Assembly (NCBI GenBank): GCA_046538485.1
Contig: JBKHIT010000082.1
Span: 1-15,777, forward strand
Reading direction: 5' to 3'
Origin: Candidatus Brocadiia bacterium
GTDB taxonomy: Bacteria; Planctomycetota; Brocadiia; SM23-32
Length of the DNA: 15,777 nt
Below, piece by piece: positions 1 through 6,565 of this stretch. Positions within the stretch are counted from its first letter, which is position 1. Each line of letters begins with the position of its first letter. The notes beneath the pieces were generated by a model, which saw nothing but the letters and a program-made list of their open reading frames with translations, did no database searches and was not told the DNA's origin. The translations under genes and the position numbers were made by a program.

Positions 1-18
1 GCAGCCGAAGGAGGCGGA

Positions 19-69
19 TCGCCTCGCCGGAGGCGAGCGCGGCAAGCTTGCCGCGCCGAACACTGTTCG
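19..69. repeat. Cluster of adjacent GC-rich palindromes (REP-like), possibly truncated by the window edge
   Basis: tcgcctc-gccg-gaggcga (19-36), perfect 20-bp palindrome gcgcggcaagcttgccgcgc (37-56), cgaaca-c-tgttcg (57-69). Confidence 0.7.
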
Positions 70-102
70 CGCGCTCCGCCGGCACGTCCCTCGAACCCGC
101 TG

Positions 103-370
103 GTGGTCCGTTCCATTTGATTTTGTGGGTTCAGAGCAATTCTGCCGAGGTCAGTTCGAGGCGCGGCGCCAAAGGTGACCCAGACGGGTCCCTGCGAAGC
201 CGCAACGAAGAAATGGCCCGGCAGAATTGCTCCCCTCGGGCCGGACGGCGGCGGCCCATCTGCGGCGTTGCAGTTCGGCGTGGACCCACTTGGGTCGAAC
301 TTCTCACTGCACCTTGTATCTGAATCACCGACGACCGGCTGAACCCACAAAACCAAATGGAACGGACCAC
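103..370. mobile_element. MITE-like element, 268 bp, with 32-bp terminal inverted repeats
   Basis: gtggtccgttccatttgattttgtgggttcag (103-134) and ctgaacccacaaaaccaaatggaacggaccac (339-370) are reverse complements at 31/32. No credible ORF inside. No clear target-site duplication. Confidence 0.7.
134..232. repeat. Nested 99-bp sub-element bounded by perfect 14-bp inverted repeats
   Basis: gagcaattctgccg (134-147) / cggcagaattgctc (219-232); central hairpin gaccc-agac-gggtc. Confidence 0.7.
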
Positions 371-371
371 T

Positions 372-436
372 AACCCCGGGCTCCCCCGAACCGCCCGGGA
401 TCGCCCGGGGCTACGTCTGATCCGGCCCTACGGGCC
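372..436 (-). repeat. REP-like hairpin module (GNA-triloop hairpin, 11 nt, then agccccggg...cccgggg hairpin)
   Basis: Minus strand reads ggccc-gta-gggcc, 11 nt, agccccgggc...gcccggggtt. Same layout as 15443-15492 on the + strand. Confidence 0.65.
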
Positions 437-474
437 TCTTTTGGAACGGCACTCGACACGCTAAACGCGTACTC

Positions 475-611
475 ATGCCGGTGGAGCGATGCCTTATGTT
501 CCCGGCTGAAGTATGGCCCCACCCACGCAAGGTGAGGTGGTAGCCTTTTGGGGTGGCTCGTGGCCTGTAGTGCAGAGGTATGGCCCCACTGGCACAAGGC
601 CAGTGGTAGCC
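475..611 (-). repeat. 137-bp REP-doublet repeat, copy 1
   Basis: Reverse complement of 15582-15718 at 136/137. Contains two related hairpin units at 511-545 and 578-611. Confidence 0.95.
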
Positions 612-731
612 TTGTCGTATCGTCGTTATGCCGTCCGTCGGTTGCTGGTTTCTGGTTAACTGGTTTCTCGTGTTCGCCGCGTACCGTTGGTGTTTTCCGT
701 ATCGCCGTTCTGTCGTTCGCCGTTGCGGTTA

Positions 732-830
732 CTGACCTCTGACCTCTGACTTCTGACATCTGTCCGTTCCGTCGTCGCTGACCTCTGACCTCTGACTTCT
801 GACATCTGTCTTCTGCCCCCTGACCTCTGC
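732..830 (-). repeat. Heptamer tandem repeat (NCAGANG on the minus strand), two tracts
   Basis: About 11 full units. 732-764 and 778-810 are identical 33-bp blocks (ctgacctctgacctctgacttctgacatctgtc). Confidence 0.95.
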
Positions 831-986
831 ACTGCCGGGAATGCCCGTGCGCGCTTATTTCTCAAAATGAAACACTGCTTACATTTTACATTCTGGAAAA
901 GCTCTAAGATCGTTGCCGGGGGCGATTTGCCGGGCAGAAAATGGGATAAAAAGGTCTTTTTTTACCTTTTTTTAAATAAATTACCC

Positions 987-1016
987 TTGACATCGGCGAG
1001 AAACCCCGGTAAGAAT
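987..1016 (+). promoter_or_regulatory. Putative sigma70 promoter of the flp gene
   Basis: Perfect TTGACA at 987-992, imperfect -10 (taagaat, 1010-1016) at 17-18 bp spacing, A/T-rich UP-like tract upstream. Confidence 0.5.
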
Positions 1017-1135
1017 AGATGTGGTATATGATTTGCGGTATTTATAAGTGCCGTTATGTACGTTCAGTTTTTTCGTGGCAGCCTGTGGTAGGTTGCCGGT
1101 TTTCCCGTTCTCATTTCGGAAGGAGGAAGATTCGG

Positions 1136-1306
1136 ATGAAGAAGTTATGGAAGAAGATGAGGGAGAAGGAAGGTCAGAGTTTGGTTGAATATGCGCTGAT
1201 TCTGGCCCTGGTCGCGATCGTGGTTATCGCTGCATTGACCACTCTTGGTCATCAGGTCGAAAACCAGTTTGATCAAGTGACAAATACACTTGGCGACGAG
1301 ACCTAA
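1136..1306 (+). CDS. flp: Flp family type IVb (Tad) pilin, 56 aa
   Basis: MKKLWKKMREKEG|QSLVEYALILALVAIVVIAAL: basic leader, prepilin Gly cleavage site, Flp EY motif, hydrophobic helix. RBS aggagg at 1121-1126 supports ATG 1136 over the 1019 start. Confidence 0.93.
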   Translation: MKKLWKKMREKEGQSLVEYALILALVAIVVIAALTTLGHQVENQFDQVTNTLGDET

Positions 1307-1337
1307 GAAGTACCCAAAAATATAACCACGAAATCAT

Positions 1338-1373
1338 AGCCTGCTCGGTGTTACCACCGAGCAGGCTTTTTTT
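1338..1373 (+). terminator. Rho-independent terminator after flp
   Basis: 13-bp perfect stem agcctgctcggtg-ttac-caccgagcaggct followed by a T tract. Confidence 0.9.
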
Positions 1374-1380
1374 GTGCCGC

Positions 1381-1436
1381 TTAGCCCGCTTTTTTCAAGC
1401 GGCACCAATGCTGCAGCTGCGCGGAAGCCAAATGCA
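1381..1436 (+). repeat. ~56-bp dispersed repeat, copy 1 (flp/dapB convergent junction)
   Basis: Reverse complement of 6510-6565 at 53/56. Confidence 0.9.
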
Positions 1437-1457
1437 TAGGTTTGGTAGAAATGCGGG

Positions 1458-2252
1458 TTAAAGTCCCAGAACATCTTTCATATTATAGAGTCCCGGTTTT
1501 TGCCCTGCCAGAAAATGCCCTGCTTTGACGGCACCCGACGCGAAAACGTCGCGGTTCGTGGCCCTGTGGGTGAGTTCCACCCGCTCCCCTGCTCCCGCGA
1601 ATATGATGGTGTGGTCGCCCACAATATCGCCGCCGCGGATCGAATGCATGCCCAGCTCCGCAGGCTCGCGGGGTCCGGCCAATCCCTGCCGCCCGTAACG
1701 AATCGTTTCCTGTGGTTCCCAGCCCCTCGCCTCACAAATGATTTCAGCCATATGATTGGCCGTGCCGCTGGGCGCATCCTTTTTACGACGGTGGTGGGCC
1801 TCAACGATTTCAATGTCGTAGTTCGTCCCCAATGCTTGTGCCATGGAATCGAGCAAACTGAACACCAGATTGATTCCGACACTCATATTGCTTGCGCGCA
1901 GCACGGGGACTTTATCGGGCAGCTTATTTTCAATGGTATGAATTTGTTCCGGCGCCAGCCCGGTAGTTCCCACAACCATCCCGATGCCATATTTCTCGCA
2001 TTCTTCCATGCGTTTTGCGGTCGCCGAAGGTGTGCTAAAATCGAGCATGACGTCGGCGTGTTGGTCGATAGTTGCCTGAAGTTTTACGCCGATTTCGGCA
2101 GAACCGACCAGAAGACCGACGTCTTTATTTTGTGCCGGATGATCGGATCTTTCGACAGCCGCAACGAGCTCAGCCTCGTCGTCTCCAATCAACAATTTAA
2201 TGATTCTCCGCCCCATATGACCGGCGGCTCCGTTTACAGCGAACTGAGTCAC
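1458..2252 (-). CDS. dapB: 4-hydroxy-tetrahydrodipicolinate reductase
   Basis: N-terminal GAAGHMG nucleotide-binding motif, DFS, VVGTTG, ASNMSVG, signature EAHHRRKKDAPSGTA, HSIRGGDIVGDH. GTG start with an aaagga RBS. Confidence 0.97.
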   Translation of the reverse strand: MTQFAVNGAAGHMGRRIIKLLIGDDEAELVAAVERSDHPAQNKDVGLLVGSAEIGVKLQATIDQHADVMLDFSTPSATAKRMEECEKYGIGMVVGTTGLAPEQIHTIENKLPDKVPVLRASNMSVGINLVFSLLDSMAQALGTNYDIEIVEAHHRRKKDAPSGTANHMAEIICEARGWEPQETIRYGRQGLAGPREPAELGMHSIRGGDIVGDHTIIFAGAGERVELTHRATNRDVFASGAVKAGHFLAGQKPGLYNMKDVLGL

Positions 2253-2429
2253 GATTAGAATCCTTTTAAATTTCGGATAAGTTTTTAGTTTTTAAGGCGC
2301 CAATCGCCTTGACGAAACGGGCGTCTGTATGATATGAATATTCAAGTGATTTCGCAACGGTCGCACCCAGACTGGAAGGGCAAAGACGGCCGCGGCCGCT
2401 GGCTTTACGGGTAGAGAAAGGAACGGCGC

Positions 2430-2939
2430 ATGAAAAAGCATTTGTTGATCTCAACTTTGGGGTTGGTCGCATTTTTACTCGGGTGTGCCAGTTTACAATA
2501 TACAGGCTTGACCTCCAAGCAGCTGAAAGGGCGCGCCAAAAGTCTCCGTTCTCAGGCTGCGACGCTACGGAAGGATGCCAAAGATTACGCAAAACTCATG
2601 GAAGAAACGCGAGAGAGGATCGAAAAACACAAGTCTCTTCTGGCAAAATGGCGGAAAAGTAGAGCCGAAGCCGTTCGACGGCTCAGAAAAATCAAAAAAG
2701 AACAAGGTTCTGTGTCGAAAGAAGAAGCATACAAAATGAGGGTTTCAATCTACCGACGCCAGGGGGCGGTTAAAGGGGCTCAGGCACAGATTGGAAAAGA
2801 ACGGTCCGTGATCAAAGGGCTTAAAACTCAGCTGAGAGAACAGTCACGGGTGAGAAAAACGTATCTGAGTAGAGCGAAAAAATTTGACGCTAAAGCCCGT
2901 CACATGGAGAAAGTCGCTGCCAGAGTAGCATCCAGTTGA
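2430..2939 (+). CDS. Hypothetical basic coiled-coil lipoprotein
   Basis: Signal peptide MKKHLLISTLGLVAF with lipobox LLG-C19; K/R/A/E-rich helical body; purine-rich RBS (aaagga); stop lies 1 nt before the next gene. Confidence 0.8.
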   Translation: MKKHLLISTLGLVAFLLGCASLQYTGLTSKQLKGRAKSLRSQAATLRKDAKDYAKLMEETRERIEKHKSLLAKWRKSRAEAVRRLRKIKKEQGSVSKEEAYKMRVSIYRRQGAVKGAQAQIGKERSVIKGLKTQLREQSRVRKTYLSRAKKFDAKARHMEKVAARVASS

Positions 2940-2940
2940 T

Positions 2941-4026
2941 TTGAAGAAAACAAAGACCAACGCTTCTTTTCCTCACACAATTGCCGTCAGAGCTCCTAAC
3001 TGGGTCGGCGACGTCGTCATGGCCACCCCCACGTTCCGCGCCCTGGCTCGAAGTTTTCCTGACTCCTGCCTGGTCCTCGTGATCCGCGCCTCCGTTGCGG
3101 CTGTACTCCGCGGTTCCTCGTGGTTTGAACACATAATAACCTACGAACGTGACACGGATGGCCCTTGTGAAGCTATTTTTAACTTCTTACGCTGTTCCCG
3201 GACGTTGCACGATTATTCTCCCCAACTCGGGGTCCTTCTGCCTCACTCTTTCAGCAGCGCCCTCATGTTCCGCCTCGCAGGCATTGAGCAGCGTACAGGG
3301 TATCAACGCGATGCCCGGAGTTTCCTCCTTACAGACGCCGTCGACCGCCCTACCAACGCCAAAGGCAATTTCCAGCCGAGCTATATGGTCGATTATTATC
3401 TCCGGCTCTGTGAACATCTCGAAATACCTGTCGATAACAGAAACCCGGAACTTCGTTACACCGAACACGACCGGGAAACCGCCCGTCTCAAGCTGCGCCG
3501 CGCCGGAATTGATCCTGCAGGCGCTTTATTTCTTTTCCACCCCGCGGCCGGGTATGGGCCGGCCAAACTGTGGTCACTCCCGGCTTTCGCCCAGCTGGCC
3601 GCCATGCTGGCCCACCGTTTTGACGCTCAGATCGGATGTATCGGAGCCCCTCCAGTTTCGCCGATCGCCCGCAAGATAAACCGCCTGTCGGAAACTGAAG
3701 TGCTGGATCTCACACGTTGCGGAATCGATCTACATCTGCTCAAGTGTGTGGTGGCATGGAGTGATCTGCTGGTAACGACAGATTCCGGGCCACGTCATTA
3801 CGGCGTCGCCCTGGGAACACCAACGGTTTGTGTGATGGGCCCAACCCATCCCGCTTATTCAACCAGCGGCCGCCCTCATGACCACGTCGTGCGGGTCGAC
3901 GTGAAATGTGGCCCCTGCCAGAAGAAGGTCTGTCCCCGTGACCACCGGTGCATGAAACGAATAACGCCGCAGATGGTTTTCAACGCCTGTGAAAAAGCGC
4001 TCAAGGAGACGCCGCACAGAAAGTAA
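2941..4026 (+). CDS. waaF: LPS heptosyltransferase II (GT9 family)
   Basis: RAPNWVGDVVMATP, HPAAGYGPAKLW, TTDSGPRHYGVALGTPTV, C-terminal CGPCQKKVCPRDHRCM. TTG start is uncertain. Confidence 0.88.
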   Translation: MKKTKTNASFPHTIAVRAPNWVGDVVMATPTFRALARSFPDSCLVLVIRASVAAVLRGSSWFEHIITYERDTDGPCEAIFNFLRCSRTLHDYSPQLGVLLPHSFSSALMFRLAGIEQRTGYQRDARSFLLTDAVDRPTNAKGNFQPSYMVDYYLRLCEHLEIPVDNRNPELRYTEHDRETARLKLRRAGIDPAGALFLFHPAAGYGPAKLWSLPAFAQLAAMLAHRFDAQIGCIGAPPVSPIARKINRLSETEVLDLTRCGIDLHLLKCVVAWSDLLVTTDSGPRHYGVALGTPTVCVMGPTHPAYSTSGRPHDHVVRVDVKCGPCQKKVCPRDHRCMKRITPQMVFNACEKALKETPHRK

Positions 4027-4763
4027 TGATTGAGATAGAACACCTTACAAAACGTTTTGCAGATTTGGTCGCCGTCGATGGTATTGACTTAACCGTGTCG
4101 GAAGGAGAGTTTTTCGCCTTCATCGGGCCGAACGGCGCGGGAAAAACAACCACAATCAAGATGTTGACGGGGCTACTCAAGCCCAGCGAGGGAACGGTAA
4201 AACTCTGCGGATATGACGTGCAGAAAGAGTATATTGCGGCGAAAAATGTGTTGAGTTATATTCCCGATCAACCGTATCTTTACGACAAACTGAGCGGACG
4301 GGAGTTCCTGCGTTTTGTCGCGCGGATGTACCAAATTGAACCGCAAGTCGCAAAAAAGAAAATCGAGGAGTTGTCGGAGACTTTCGACCTGGCTGATTTT
4401 ATCGATGAACTCGGCGAGACCTATTCGCATGGCATGAAACAGCGCATCGTTATAACGGCCGCCCTGCTGCATAATCCCGACGTCATCATCATCGACGAGC
4501 CCCTGGTGGGTCTGGATCCGCACGGCGCCAATGTCTTCAAAGAAGTTTTCCGCGATTGCACCGCCCGGGGCAGCACCGTTTTCATGTCCACACACACCCT
4601 CTCGCTCGCTGAAGAGGTGGCTGATCGTGTGGGCATCATCAATAACGGACGCATCATTGCGCTGGGCAGTCTGGATGACATTCGGCGTAAGGCCCGAACG
4701 GACGGGAAACTTGAGCAGGCATTCCTGCGCTTGACCGAGGAGACGACGAGTTCGGCCCCATGA
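4026..4763 (+). CDS. ABC transporter ATP-binding protein (ABC-2/exporter type)
   Basis: Walker A GPNGAGKTT, signature YSHGMKQR, Walker B IIIDEP, H-loop MSTH. TAATG overlap with waaF. Confidence 0.95.
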   Translation: MIEIEHLTKRFADLVAVDGIDLTVSEGEFFAFIGPNGAGKTTTIKMLTGLLKPSEGTVKLCGYDVQKEYIAAKNVLSYIPDQPYLYDKLSGREFLRFVARMYQIEPQVAKKKIEELSETFDLADFIDELGETYSHGMKQRIVITAALLHNPDVIIIDEPLVGLDPHGANVFKEVFRDCTARGSTVFMSTHTLSLAEEVADRVGIINNGRIIALGSLDDIRRKARTDGKLEQAFLRLTEETTSSAP

Positions 4764-4812
4764 GCCCCGCTTCCTGCGCAAAACCGAACCCGCTCAGAGA
4801 GGTAAAAACGGT

Positions 4813-6492
4813 ATGGGCGATTTAGCAACCTTGATAAAACTGAAAATCCGGCTTGCCGTCTCCACCGTGAATCAGTTCCATCGCGAATCGAAATTGCGTA
4901 TGGCCGTCATCACTTCCGCGGGGATTATATTCTGGTTTTTGATGTTTCTCATGTTTTACCGCGTGTTCGTCTTCCTCGGGCAGTTTGAAGGCATCAAAGA
5001 CATATTGATCGATTATCTGCTCGCCTTTTTCTTCCTGGCCCTGCTGGTGATGATGACAATCAGCAACGCCATTATCTGCTATACTTCGTTCTACCGCAGC
5101 GAGGAATCATCTTTTCTGATGCATTTACCGGTGCGGCTGCAGCATATCTTTTCTTACAAGGGAATCGAATCCGTCCTGTTCAGTGCCTGGGGGATGATCA
5201 CTCTTGTCGTACCGATGATTCTCGCATTCGGTATCTCGGAACATGCACCCCTCCAATATTACTTCTTCAGCATTGTGCTCGCCTTTTTATTCATGATTTT
5301 GCCAATGATCCTGGGGGCGGTTCTCGCGCTGATCGTTCCCGTGATCGTGCCCCGGAAAAGAAAAGTGGTGCTGGCTCTTGCTATCCTTTTTGGGCTGATT
5401 TTGGGCGGTTTCTGGGTCGGAGCTATGGTGGCGCAACGACCCACTCGTCTGGTAAGTGAGGCCGGCATCAAACACGTGGTCGACCGAATTGCGTTCTGCC
5501 AGCACTGGTTGCTGCCAAGTTTCTGGGTCAGCGAAGGCATTCTGGCCGCTTCGCGGGGCATGTCGGGGCGAGCGGGATTTTTGACACTGCTTTTGCTCTC
5601 AAACGTTTTCTTCCCGGGCATAGTTGCCGTTCGTCTCAGCAAATCCCTCTTCCGTCCCGCCTGGAACTTAATTCATGCCGGTTCGGAAGGCCGACGCAAG
5701 ATCAAGGCGGACGGCTGGCTCGACCGTTTTATCCGGGGTCTGCTTTTTTTTCTCCCGTTGCGGCTTCGGGAACTTGTCCTCAGAGATATCCGCACTTTCC
5801 GTCGGGATCCCACGCAATGGTCCCAAATCCTGCTGTTTTTCGGCCTGATGGCCCTGTATATCGCCAACCTGCCCCGATTCGGTTTCACGGGGTTGAGCGA
5901 TTACTGGCACACTCTGATCTCGCTTTTGAATCTCGGCGCGGCCAGCCTCACATTGTCGACCCTGACAAGCCGGTTCGTCTTCCCTCAACTCAGTTTGGAA
6001 GGACGACGCATCTGGATTGTGGGACTTATCCCGATGGAACGCAGGATTGTGTTATGGGGAAAATTTCTTTTTGCGACGGTGGGTTCGCTCCTTCTGAGCG
6101 GCGGGTTGATACTTCTCAGTGATTTGATGCTCGGCCTGGAGGGATGGATCGTGACCGTTCACCTTTTTGTCCTTGTCTGCGCCTGTTGCGGTCTGAACGG
6201 CCTGGCCGTCGGGTTGGGGGCGGTTTATCCGAACCTTCGGTCCGACAATCCGAGCGAAATTGTCAGCAGTTTCGGCGGCACGCTGAATCTGATCTGCAGC
6301 ATCGTCTTTGTGCTGGGGGTATTGTTGACCGTTGCCATACCGCTTTATCTCGAAGTGATCGGGGTCATAAAAGGGCAAACTTTCCGGGTCGTACTGTGGA
6401 TCGCGCTCGGTTTGATCGTTGTAATGACCACCATCGCCTGCCTGATACCCATGAAATTCGGCATTCGTCGTTTTGAACAGATGGATTTTTGA
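4813..6492 (+). CDS. Putative ABC exporter permease (multi-pass membrane protein)
   Basis: 559 aa with two blocks of about 6 hydrophobic segments; ABC-2-like motifs FLMHLPV, RDIRTFRRDP and SLEGRRIWIVGLIPM; directly downstream of the ATPase. Confidence 0.85.
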   Translation: MGDLATLIKLKIRLAVSTVNQFHRESKLRMAVITSAGIIFWFLMFLMFYRVFVFLGQFEGIKDILIDYLLAFFFLALLVMMTISNAIICYTSFYRSEESSFLMHLPVRLQHIFSYKGIESVLFSAWGMITLVVPMILAFGISEHAPLQYYFFSIVLAFLFMILPMILGAVLALIVPVIVPRKRKVVLALAILFGLILGGFWVGAMVAQRPTRLVSEAGIKHVVDRIAFCQHWLLPSFWVSEGILAASRGMSGRAGFLTLLLLSNVFFPGIVAVRLSKSLFRPAWNLIHAGSEGRRKIKADGWLDRFIRGLLFFLPLRLRELVLRDIRTFRRDPTQWSQILLFFGLMALYIANLPRFGFTGLSDYWHTLISLLNLGAASLTLSTLTSRFVFPQLSLEGRRIWIVGLIPMERRIVLWGKFLFATVGSLLLSGGLILLSDLMLGLEGWIVTVHLFVLVCACCGLNGLAVGLGAVYPNLRSDNPSEIVSSFGGTLNLICSIVFVLGVLLTVAIPLYLEVIGVIKGQTFRVVLWIALGLIVVMTTIACLIPMKFGIRRFEQMDF

Positions 6493-6509
6493 ATCGTGCC
6501 CCTCCAACC

Positions 6510-6565
6510 TGCGTTTGGCTTCCGCGCAGCTGCAGCACTGGTGCCGCTTGAAAAAAGCGGGTTAA
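6510..6565 (-). repeat. ~56-bp dispersed repeat, copy 2 (permease/secDF convergent junction), overlapping the secDF stop codon
   Basis: 53/56 to 1381-1436 in inverted orientation. On the minus strand gcgg-ttaac-ccgc-tttttt also resembles a weak terminator. Confidence 0.9.

Noticed and set aside
511..611. Mini-CRISPR array (34-35-bp units, 32-bp spacer)
   Set aside because: Only two units, they differ across the stem, the spacer is identical in the distant copy, and there are no cas genes.
48..865. Short ORFs 48-323, 131-370, 370-759, 548-742 and 656-865
   Set aside because: They are translations of repeats (e.g. SEVRGQRS from the heptamers) with no protein motifs.
1019..1135. N-terminal extension of Flp, or a c-di-GMP riboswitch in the leader
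   Set aside because: RBS and prepilin length favour ATG 1136; no GEMM consensus elements are visible.
1500..2258. 252-aa + strand ORF
   Set aside because: Antisense shadow of dapB with no recognisable motifs.
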